Source of the DNA: Minisyncoccota bacterium
GTDB taxonomy: Bacteria; Patescibacteriota; Minisyncoccia; Phycocordibacterales; DATDSR01
Assembly (NCBI GenBank): GCA_036517655.1
Contig: DATDVE010000016.1
Span: 2,979-66,978, forward strand
Length of the DNA stretch: 64,000 bases
Direction of reading: 5' to 3'
The position numbers were made by a program, and so were the translations under genes. Position 1 is the stretch's first letter; each line of letters opens with the position of its first letter. The notes under the pieces are model-generated. The model was not told where the DNA came from. It did no database searches and saw only the letters and a program-made list of their open reading frames with translations. Shown here one piece after another: positions 30,360 to 37,522 of this stretch.

Positions 30360-31715
30360 ATGAGTGTAAATAAGGCAGGTGGAGTACGTATCCCGCCACA
30401 AGACACAGAGGCCGAGAAGGCGCTTTTGGGTTCTGTGATGCTACGTCCAGATACTATAAGTGCGGTGCTTGACGTTGTAGAGCGGGGCGCCTTCTACAGC
30501 GACAAGCACAACACGATCTATGGGGCGATGATAGATCTCTATTCCGCCGGAAACCCAATAGATCTCTTGTCTGTTTCATCTAGGCTCAAAGAGCAGAACA
30601 GACTCGACTTTGTGGGAGGCTCGACATATCTCACAGAACTCATTAATACAGTACCTTCGGCAGCCAACTTCGCGCACTATGCCGAACTTGTACACAAGAA
30701 GCATGTTTTGCGTAATCTTATCTACACGGCCGATCACATATCCGAGATCTCATACGACTCTGACGCAGATCTTGATACAGTGCTAGACAAGGCCGGTAAG
30801 AAGATGATGGACATCGCAAGCTTCAGCAAGCACAAATTCACGAGCCTCAAGGATACCCTAATGGACGCTTGGCATCGCCTAGAGAGACTGCACGAGAGCA
30901 AGGACGAGATGCGTGGCGTTCCCACTGGTTTCCCTGATCTTGACATGAAGCTGGCCGGCCTGCAAAAAAGCGATCTGATAATTTTGGCCGCGCGGCCGGG
31001 AATGGGCAAGACGAGTCTGGCACTTGATATTGCGCGCAACACGGCGCTTAAGCACGGCACATCAGTGGGCATTTTCTCACTTGAGATGAGTGCGGCACAG
31101 CTTGTTGATAGACTGCTCGCGGCAGAATCCAGGGTTGACTCATGGAAGTTGCGCACAGGCAAACTCTCGGCAGACGAAGACTTCGCCCGCATTCGCGACT
31201 CACTCGATCGCCTCTCCAAGGCGCCCATCTTCATAGACGATGACTCGTACATAGATATATTGCGAATGAAGGGGGTGGCGCGTAGATTGAAAAACGAACA
31301 CAACTTGGGACTGATAATAGTAGACTACCTCCAATTGCTTGTGCCAAAACGCAACTACGAATCACTCGTTCAACAGGTCACAGAGATCTCCCGGGCACTT
31401 AAGGGGCTGGCGCGCGAACTGGACATCCCCGTGCTTGCTCTTTCGCAACTTAACAGGAACGTAGAGCAACGTGGTGGCAGGCCCAGGCTCTCTGATTTGC
31501 GTGATTCTGGCAGTATCGAACAAGACGCTGACGTGGTCATGTTTATTCACAGAGAAGAGAGCGATAAAACGGAGGGTTCAAGACGCGGTAATATTGCCGA
31601 AATATTAATAGAAAAGCACAGAAATGGCCCGACTGGAGTAGTCAAGCTCCACTTCGATGAGCAGAAAGTCACGTTTATGCCCATGGCGAAAGAAGAGGCA
31701 TTTGGTAATTTCTAA
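30360..31715 (+). CDS. dnaB: Replicative DNA helicase
   Basis: PPQ..EAE, AARPGMGKT, FSLEM, IVDYLQL, SDLRDSGSIEQDAD, KHRNGPTG; no intein. Confidence 0.98.
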   Translation: MSVNKAGGVRIPPQDTEAEKALLGSVMLRPDTISAVLDVVERGAFYSDKHNTIYGAMIDLYSAGNPIDLLSVSSRLKEQNRLDFVGGSTYLTELINTVPSAANFAHYAELVHKKHVLRNLIYTADHISEISYDSDADLDTVLDKAGKKMMDIASFSKHKFTSLKDTLMDAWHRLERLHESKDEMRGVPTGFPDLDMKLAGLQKSDLIILAARPGMGKTSLALDIARNTALKHGTSVGIFSLEMSAAQLVDRLLAAESRVDSWKLRTGKLSADEDFARIRDSLDRLSKAPIFIDDDSYIDILRMKGVARRLKNEHNLGLIIVDYLQLLVPKRNYESLVQQVTEISRALKGLARELDIPVLALSQLNRNVEQRGGRPRLSDLRDSGSIEQDADVVMFIHREESDKTEGSRRGNIAEILIEKHRNGPTGVVKLHFDEQKVTFMPMAKEEAFGNF

Positions 31716-31723
31716 TTAATATC

Positions 31724-32314
31724 GTGAGTGACGTAATAGCAAAACTGGGTGAGTTATTTAGAGAGTTTCCAGGAATTGGGCCGAGGCAGGCTCGCCGTTT
31801 TGTTTACTTTCTATTACGCCAGGATGCAAGTTATATCAAGAACATGCTTGAGCAAATTACAGAATTGCGTGAGAGTGTGAGTGAATGCGAATCATGCTTC
31901 AGATTCTATATTGGTAAAGTATGTAACCTCTGCACAGACAAAAATGTAAATTCTAGTATCCTGCTTGTTGTTGAGAAAGACATAGATCTGGAAAATGTGC
32001 GCAAGACCGGCAAATTTAATGGCAAATTTTTTGTCTTGGGAGGTTTGTTGCCAATTCTCGAGAAGAATCCCGAGTCGCGAATTAGGATTAACGAATTAAG
32101 ATTAAGGTTAGAGAAAGACAAAAAAATAAGAGAAGTGATACTGGCTCTTTCTGTGAATCCCGTCGGCGATAATACTGTCGAGTTTCTTAAACTCGAAATT
32201 TCAAAATTTAAACATTTAAAAATTTCAACATTAGGAAGAGGGTTATCTACGGGCACAGAACTTGAGTACTCTGACAGCGCTACTCTATCAGCGGCACTTG
32301 AATCTAGGAAATAG
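31724..32314 (+). CDS. recR: Recombination protein RecR
   Basis: FPGIGPRQARR, C4 zinc finger, Toprim region, GTELEYSD. Confidence 0.95.
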   Translation: MSDVIAKLGELFREFPGIGPRQARRFVYFLLRQDASYIKNMLEQITELRESVSECESCFRFYIGKVCNLCTDKNVNSSILLVVEKDIDLENVRKTGKFNGKFFVLGGLLPILEKNPESRIRINELRLRLEKDKKIREVILALSVNPVGDNTVEFLKLEISKFKHLKISTLGRGLSTGTELEYSDSATLSAALESRK

Positions 32315-32618
32315 ATGTTATTTTAACTTGAGCTTGGATCTGTCTGTGACCGTATTTAACTCTACGATTAGACTTGGCCTTGTACTTAACGCCTAGTACT
32401 TTCTTGCCCTTTTTTTCAGAAACAAGCTCGCCCGTAACTGTGGCTCCCTCTAAATATGGGCTGCCAATCTGGGTAGTAGCTCCGTCATCAACTAAAAGCA
32501 CTTTATCAAAAGTCACTTTACTGCCCTCCCCCACTCCAAGCTTTTCAACAAAAATAGTATCCCCTTCCGAGACGCTATACTGCTTGCCACCAGTTGTAAT
32601 AACCGCATATTTAGACAT
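32304..32618 (-). CDS. rplU: 50S ribosomal protein L21
   Basis: YAVITTGGKQY.V.EGD, GHRQ. Confidence 0.97.
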   Translation of the reverse strand: MSKYAVITTGGKQYSVSEGDTIFVEKLGVGEGSKVTFDKVLLVDDGATTQIGSPYLEGATVTGELVSEKKGKKVLGVKYKAKSNRRVKYGHRQIQAQVKITSIS

Positions 32619-32642
32619 GCAGGATATCTTAGCAAATAAGCC

Positions 32643-33620
32643 CTATTCTGGCAACTGTGGGCTGTCTAGCACCTGCCGATCAAGTCCCGGCGCACTGCCC
32701 GTAATGCGCAAGACATCCTTGTCTATTTTAGCGAGCTCGTGCGAGGCTTTATTGTAGTGGCTAACAGTTGTGCCAAGCGACTTGCCGAGGGCATTCATAA
32801 ACTGATCGTGGCCGGCCAGATGCCTGCCGAGCTCCTCTACTCTCTTCTGGATATCTTTTGCAGTTTCTTCGATCTGCAGAGCGCGCATGCCTTGCAGGAC
32901 TGTTTGCAGATATGCCATGAACGAAGTAGGCGAAACTATAATCACTTTCTTATCGCGAAAAGCGTACTCGATCAAATCTTTTGTACTAGTTTTAACTGCC
33001 CCAACCTGATTGATAAGCAAGTCATAATAGATAGCTTCACTGGGTATGAACATGAAAGCAAAATCCATAGTGCCTTCACTCGGCCTAATATATTTTGCCG
33101 TCTCGTCAATTCTATTTTTGAGATCCTGCTTAAAAAGTTTCTCTAGTCTCTCGCGTTCAAGATTATCATTTGTAGAAATTATCCTGTTATAGTTCTCCAA
33201 GCTGAATTTAGAATCAACTGGCAGTAACTTATCTTTGCCAAGGACTATAACTGCATCAGCAATCTCGCCGTCATTAAACTTATACTGAAGTTGGAACGAG
33301 CCAGGGGGTAGAACGTTCTTGAGCACAGTTTCGAGATAATACTCACCCAACACGCCTCGTTGCTTGGGATTCTGCAAAACATTCTGCAAACTCTGTAACT
33401 GGTCGGCCACGCGAACCACGTTCTGATTAGTAGCCTGCACCCCCGCCACTTCTTTGGTCATATCTCGCAAGACTCCTGCCAAAGCATTGAGCTGATTCTG
33501 GATCAAAGTAAGCTCCCCCGCCCGCTCACCCTGCCCCTCCCCTAATTGCTTAGGCCTAAATATCAAATAAGCAATTACCCCGCCCGCAACAAGTCCCCCT
33601 AATACATAGACAATATCCAT
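32643..33620 (-). CDS. rmuC: DNA recombination protein RmuC
   Basis: N-terminal TM, RGVLGE..LE, VDSKFSL, TMDFAFMFIPSE, SPTS. Confidence 0.92.
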   Translation of the reverse strand: MDIVYVLGGLVAGGVIAYLIFRPKQLGEGQGERAGELTLIQNQLNALAGVLRDMTKEVAGVQATNQNVVRVADQLQSLQNVLQNPKQRGVLGEYYLETVLKNVLPPGSFQLQYKFNDGEIADAVIVLGKDKLLPVDSKFSLENYNRIISTNDNLERERLEKLFKQDLKNRIDETAKYIRPSEGTMDFAFMFIPSEAIYYDLLINQVGAVKTSTKDLIEYAFRDKKVIIVSPTSFMAYLQTVLQGMRALQIEETAKDIQKRVEELGRHLAGHDQFMNALGKSLGTTVSHYNKASHELAKIDKDVLRITGSAPGLDRQVLDSPQLPE

Positions 33621-33643
33621 ATCTACATTGTATCAAATTAATG

Positions 33644-33680
33644 CAGAAACCCCCGAGCCATACGGCTGGGGGTTTGTCTG
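33644..33680. terminator. Hairpin terminator downstream of small gene
   Basis: cagaaaccccc-gagccatacggct-gggggtttgtctg. Confidence 0.65.
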
Positions 33681-33681
33681 T

Positions 33682-33870
33682 CTAGAGCGGTGAGAGGGTT
33701 GAGATCCCGACCACTCCGGGGGAGGCTTGCAGGATGTCCTGACTCTTGGTCAAGACGTCCTGCGAAACCTGGAAGACCTGAAGGAGAGTCGCCTCGAGCC
33801 CGTGAAAGACCATGGGCATCAAGAGGCGCAGGGCAAGCAGTAGCAAGATCAGGCCTATCGCTCGGAACAT
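33682..33870 (-). CDS. Small membrane protein
   Basis: MFRAIGLILLLLALRLLMP; GC3-rich; own promoter, long leader and terminator. Confidence 0.6.
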   Translation of the reverse strand: MFRAIGLILLLLALRLLMPMVFHGLEATLLQVFQVSQDVLTKSQDILQASPGVVGISTLSPL

Positions 33871-34052
33871 AACTTTGTTCTTAGCGAGGGGTCGACACAT
33901 GCTGACTAGGCATGCCCGAGCGCAACTAACGGCGCTCCCCTCCGGGCAACATCGCGAGTTGGCGAAGCTTTCCGGAAGGCTTCAGCTCTTAAATCTATAA
34001 CTATCTAAACGTCCGCTAAGCTACTTCAATTATATCACTTATACTGTAAATG

Positions 34053-34496
34053 TCAAATGAGTTTATTTCTAAGCATGATAGCTTCTTCTGCTGCTGTGGG
34101 GTGCATCGGTAAAGGAAGATTGTCACGCGTATACCAGCCGATTTTGTCGTGCTTGCCAGGTTCACCAATTTTAACTGTATGCGGGTCAACCAAAACTCTA
34201 AAAGTGAGAGCAATCCAGTGCACTTGCTCACCCTTGTGCTCACGATGCGAGTCGAAGTAACCCAGAAACTCTATCTCCTTAGCTTCTGCACAATACTCTT
34301 CCTTAACCTCCGTCCTAAGTCGGTCCAGAACGTTATCGTGCACTTCTAATCCCCCACTTCCACAATCCCACTTACCATTCTCATCCCGAGCTTCCGGCCC
34401 GCGTCGATGCATTGCGTAATTGCCCTTACCGTCATGACACCAAAAGACAACGGATACGCCCGGATAATCAATTCCCTTGCGAGCTTCTGTACTCAT
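34053..34496 (-). CDS. NUDIX hydrolase
   Basis: Nudix-box variant GGLEVHDNVLDRLRTEVKEE; EP.KH..IGW. Confidence 0.85.
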   Translation of the reverse strand: MSTEARKGIDYPGVSVVFWCHDGKGNYAMHRRGPEARDENGKWDCGSGGLEVHDNVLDRLRTEVKEEYCAEAKEIEFLGYFDSHREHKGEQVHWIALTFRVLVDPHTVKIGEPGKHDKIGWYTRDNLPLPMHPTAAEEAIMLRNKLI

Positions 34497-34999
34497 ATAA
34501 TTTGGGCAATATTAGGATTAACAAGATTTTTCCAATCACTCGACTTCATAGCAATCGAGAATGCGCGATCTCCGGCGTTGAAAATTATCTCATCATTCAT
34601 CAAAACCCCTGGGTCAGCATAAGTTTGAAGGTTGAAGAGATTTCCGAAAGGCGGCACTCCCCCAACTTGCACCCCTCCTGTTATTTCGCTCACCTCTTGT
34701 TCTGTAGCAAATCTAATTTCCTTAATCTCAAGTTCCTTCTTAACCTTCGCTTCATTGAATCTCATGTCGCCAGGAACAACTAACATCACAAACTTTCTTT
34801 CCCTTTTTTCACTAGTACCTAGTACCTGATACCTAACACCTGTTATTAGCGCCTTTGCCCCTTGGTGGAGTGAGTACTCCGGCCGTAGCTTAGCCGCCTC
34901 CTCGCTAGTCCGCACTGGCGCGTGCTCAAAGGATTTGTAAGTAGTCGCAGCTCCATCAAGTATCTCCCTGATCTTCCCAACCACTGGATGATAGTTCAT
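34493..34999 (-). CDS. YbaK/ProX-family tRNA editing deacylase
   Basis: H.PVRTSEEAA, GAKALI, FAT..EV..ITG...GGVPPFG, FNAGDR. Confidence 0.88.
   Translation of the reverse strand: MNYHPVVGKIREILDGAATTYKSFEHAPVRTSEEAAKLRPEYSLHQGAKALITGVRYQVLGTSEKRERKFVMLVVPGDMRFNEAKVKKELEIKEIRFATEQEVSEITGGVQVGGVPPFGNLFNLQTYADPGVLMNDEIIFNAGDRAFSIAMKSSDWKNLVNPNIAQII
34812..34839. repeat. Four degenerate heptamers in frame within the YbaK-like gene (GVRYQVLGTS)
   Basis: ctagtac ctagtac ctgatac ctaacac. Confidence 0.7.
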
Positions 35000-35226
35000 T
35001 GCTTACTTGCATTATTAAAATCTTCTTCATGCACTTCCGCCAAGTCAAGCGCAGACAGAAGTGTCCCATGAGCCAATTCTCGATGAAGCGGCACAATAGT
35101 AGTTATGGTACGAATACCACTTTTCTTTTGCAACTTCATGTGACTGCCCTTCTGTGACACTGCAGTAAATCCGAAATGCTTGCACAATATCTTTATAGTA
35201 GATTTACCCGAAAAAACTTTAGGCAT
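34996..35226 (-). CDS. hicA: HicA-family toxin (mRNA interferase)
   Basis: GF..VSQKGSH, VPLH.EL..GTL. Confidence 0.9.
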   Translation of the reverse strand: MPKVFSGKSTIKILCKHFGFTAVSQKGSHMKLQKKSGIRTITTIVPLHRELAHGTLLSALDLAEVHEEDFNNASKQ

Positions 35227-35434
35227 GAACCTCAATGGATGTCACCATCGGAATCTCGTGTGAGAGATATTTCCTCTGCCTAGGAGATCCTTCAAGATAG
35301 AGCTCGACTGCTTCGCGCAAATTGTATTTAGCTTCCTCAAGAGTCTTGCCCTGACTTGCAACGCCGAGCTCAAGAGACCTGGCGACAAACCACTTCCCTT
35401 CCTTGGCAATAATAGCTGTAAACTTATACGTCAT
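35219..35434 (-). CDS. hicB: HicB-family antitoxin (short, no DNA-binding domain)
   Basis: EG.WFVA..LELGVASQGKTLEEA..NLREAVELYLE. Confidence 0.9.
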   Translation of the reverse strand: MTYKFTAIIAKEGKWFVARSLELGVASQGKTLEEAKYNLREAVELYLEGSPRQRKYLSHEIPMVTSIEVHA

Positions 35435-35454
35435 GATCATATTGTATCAAGACA

Positions 35455-35483
35455 TTGCCCACATGACAATATTACGCTATATT
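35455..35483 (+). promoter_or_regulatory. Sigma70-type promoter upstream of the tRNA locus
   Basis: TTGCCC-17 nt-TATATT, 9 nt before the first (broken) tRNA copy. Confidence 0.5.
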
Positions 35484-35492
35484 TCCTTTGTA

Positions 35493-35555
35493 GGCTCTAT
35501 CGTCTCCTACTTCGCTCAAGCTTGCGCATGAGCTTCGCAGGACAAGTAGTGGTTA
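35493..35555 (+). pseudogene. Broken 5' copy of tRNA-Glu interrupted by a palindromic element
   Basis: GGCTCTATCGTC + 42-nt insert + TAGTGGTTA, versus intact GGCTCTATCGTCTAGGGGTTA. Confidence 0.7.
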
Positions 35556-35608
35556 TTGTTACCATGGCTTGCACTTCGAAGCTCCGGTGTAATCCGGAGC
35601 GTAGTAGT
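35505..35608. repeat. Two inverted copies of a hairpin element ending in CAAG
   Basis: + copy tcctacttcgctca..tgagcttcgcaggacaag (35505-35546); - copy cactactacgctccgg..ccggagcttcgaagtgcaag (35568-35609). Confidence 0.7.
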
Positions 35609-35680
35609 GGCTCTATCGTCTAGGGGTTAGGACATAAGCTTCTCAAGCTTAGAACCCGGGTTCGAATCCCGGTAGAGTCA
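35609..35680 (+). tRNA. tRNA-Glu (anticodon CTC), CCA not encoded
   Basis: Acceptor GGCTCTA/TAGAGTC, anticodon stem TAAGC/GCTTA with loop TT-CTC-AA, T arm CCGGG-TTCGAAT-CCCGG. Confidence 0.96.
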
Positions 35681-35707
35681 TTTCAATCAGTGTGCTAGAA
35701 TGGTTGC

Positions 35708-35904
35708 GGGATAGTGAGAGTCGGTATTTATTGACGCAAGTTGATAACGGGGGTTGTGAATTAAGTCCGTCATCCGCCCAGGCTCGATTTTATCTAGCCT
35801 TCGACAGACATTGTCTGTCATCGTGCGGTGGATTTATCCGCAAGGATAGAGGGTAGCGGTGAAAAGCAACAACTGGCTTACGGGTCTACCGAGAGTGCTA
35901 TCCC
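35708..35904 (+). ncRNA. Unclassified ~197-nt structured non-coding RNA
   Basis: Extended -10 TGcTAGAAT (35693-35701); closing stems GGGATAG/CTATCCC and TCGGTA/TACCGA; two GCAA tetraloop hairpins; terminator follows; no ORF. Confidence 0.75.
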
Positions 35905-35912
35905 AACAAAGT

Positions 35913-35935
35913 GCTTCCCTCCTGGGGAGCTTTTT
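35913..35935 (+). terminator. Rho-independent terminator of the ncRNA
   Basis: gcttccc-tcct-ggggagc-ttttt. Confidence 0.75.
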
Positions 35936-35991
35936 GTATATAAATGTAGAAGACCGCCGAACCCTTGCTTTGGGTTACGGCGGCCTCGTCG

Positions 35992-36300
35992 CTAGTCGTA
36001 GCAGTCGCAGTTGATGTCACTTGGTGCCCCACAGCGCAGGCAGTGCGTGTACTCGCCATCGTCGTTCCTCGTGAACCTATCGGGAGCATCGCTGTGGTCT
36101 ATCTTAGCAAGCTCCTGCCAGAGCTGTCCCTCCTCTTGGGGTGAAGGTCTGCCCGAGAGAATCGTGGCGGTGTTGAAGTCGCCCTCTTCAGGACAACCCC
36201 CACCACTCAAGCTCTTGAGGTGGCAAGAGTAGCAGGTAGTTGCATCTTCCTTATAAGTCTCGAATGACTGGTTACAAACTGCGCAAGTTTTCGTGAACAT
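35992..36300 (-). CDS. Small Cys-rich zinc-ribbon-like protein
   Basis: CAVC..CYSC N-terminus, CLRC..CDC C-terminus; AAGGAG SD 7 nt before the ATG at 36300. Confidence 0.7.
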   Translation of the reverse strand: MFTKTCAVCNQSFETYKEDATTCYSCHLKSLSGGGCPEEGDFNTATILSGRPSPQEEGQLWQELAKIDHSDAPDRFTRNDDGEYTHCLRCGAPSDINCDCYD

Positions 36301-36434
36301 GGTCATCTCCTTTCGCTGGGTTGATTACCAGAGAGAGGAGTCCCTACCGCTTTTCCGCCTTAGGCGAAGGGCAAAGGTAGAAGGACCAAGCTTGACCCTG
36401 ATAGCCCAAACAGGTCAAGCAAAATACTACTTAT

Positions 36435-36477
36435 ATTATACACCCCTATTGACATTTGTCAAGGGCGGTGCTATACT
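36435..36477. promoter_or_regulatory. Back-to-back divergent sigma70 promoters
   Basis: + strand TTGACA(36449)-17-TATACT(36472); - strand TTGACA(36462)-16-TATAAT(36440); the -35 boxes form the palindrome TTGACA-TT-TGTCAA. Confidence 0.8.
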
Positions 36478-36503
36478 CTCTGTCAGACTGGAGGTGAAAA
36501 CCT

Positions 36504-36791
36504 TTGACACGCGAACAGCTCGCAAAGAGGGTTCACTGGCCCAAAATCATCTGGACAGCGGGCATAGTGAACGTCACGGCGATGTTGCCCCAACTATGGC
36601 AACTGCTAAAGACTCACGAAACCAAGGGGCTGTCGGTGGAAATGTTCTGCATCTACCTCGGCATCCAAATCTGCTTCTGCTTGGAGGGCTACTTCAAGCG
36701 GAGCAAGATGCTCTTCTGGTGTCTCGGAGCTTCGGCAGTCGTCAGCTCGGTCATCATCGCTCTCATCGTCTACTACCGCCACTTCGCATAG
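36504..36791 (+). CDS. PQ-loop / SemiSWEET-like three-helix transporter
   Basis: LPQLWQLLKTHETKGLS PQ motif, 3 TM; GGAGG SD before TTG. Confidence 0.8.
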   Translation: MTREQLAKRVHWPKIIWTAGIVNVTAMLPQLWQLLKTHETKGLSVEMFCIYLGIQICFCLEGYFKRSKMLFWCLGASAVVSSVIIALIVYYRHFA

Positions 36792-36808
36792 TGGCAAGGA
36801 GGAGTAAA

Positions 36809-37099
36809 GTGGCGAAGCTCACAATCAGGTTCTATTTCGAGAACGAGGACTCACTCAACGATCCCGACGTCCAGGCGACTGTGACGGATATCACCAAGAG
36901 TCTGCCAAATCGAGGGGTGGAGATTCAGAGGCTGAACATCGAGGAGGGTGAGGGCAAGCGACGATTCGAACTCTTCCGCAAAGACCGCCTGCCCACTACC
37001 TGCCCCGCTGTGGAAATCGGCGACGGCTTCTTGTTTCCGCTCGTCTCTCTCGTCAACATCCTGGCCGGTCTCCGTGTAGCCCCTTCACTCGGTGAGTGA
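36809..37099 (+). CDS. Hypothetical protein, possible thioredoxin-like fold lacking CxxC
   Basis: AGGAGGAG SD and GTG at 36809; TTCPAVEIGDG resembles the cis-Pro loop. Confidence 0.6.
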   Translation: MAKLTIRFYFENEDSLNDPDVQATVTDITKSLPNRGVEIQRLNIEEGEGKRRFELFRKDRLPTTCPAVEIGDGFLFPLVSLVNILAGLRVAPSLGE

Positions 37100-37127
37100 G
37101 ATGCCACAGAGCAAAGCACATAACCAT

Positions 37128-37159
37128 GGCCCGCCCTAGTCTTCGGACGAACGGCGGGC
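37128..37159. terminator. Hairpin after the two-gene cassette
   Basis: gcccgcc..gtcttcggac..ggcgggc. Confidence 0.55.
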
Positions 37160-37273
37160 TTCAACATTTTTACGCAACCTCTATCATTCCTGCAAAATCT
37201 GGTATATAAATATAGCCATGGTGGGCCCTTATTCTAGTTCCAACATCGTCCACTAGGGCTCGTAAAATGCTCT

Positions 37274-37522
37274 CTATAGGACGTTTATCAGAAGTAGGAT
37301 TGCTGCAATTATCACGACGACTAGCCCGAATTTCTGATCTATAGGGAGATATGATTTTATATAATCTTTACTAAGGACAGTCAGAGGCATCTTGCCAGTC
37401 CGTTTATAAGTCCGCAAATAGGAATAAATTACCCATACAAGTCCTAGTGCAACGGCAGCCAACAGGATAAGTGTCATCATTTTAGTTGCTGAGTTAATAA
37501 TAATTACATCTTCCTCCTCCAC
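37274..37522 (-). CDS. Small two-TM membrane protein (start uncertain)
   Basis: Two hydrophobic segments; directly downstream of murF. Confidence 0.6.
   Translation of the reverse strand: MEEEDVIIINSATKMMTLILLAAVALGLVWVIYSYLRTYKRTGKMPLTVLSKDYIKSYLPIDQKFGLVVVIIAAILLLINVL

Noticed and set aside
35493-35680. Intron-containing tRNA spanning both copies
   Set aside because: The downstream copy is already a complete 72-nt cloverleaf; the upstream piece lacks anticodon and T arms
35749-35904. tmRNA, suggested by a GGGGGTTG start
   Set aside because: No T-arm or acceptor 3' end, no tag ORF, and too short
35708-35904. SRP RNA or group I intron
   Set aside because: No CAGG..GGAA..AGCAG domain IV motif, no P7 GACUA/UAGUC core, and no interrupted host gene
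36293-37099. 268-aa ORF in the track
   Set aside because: It overlaps the promoters and the PQ-loop gene; only 36809-37099 has an SD and protein-like composition
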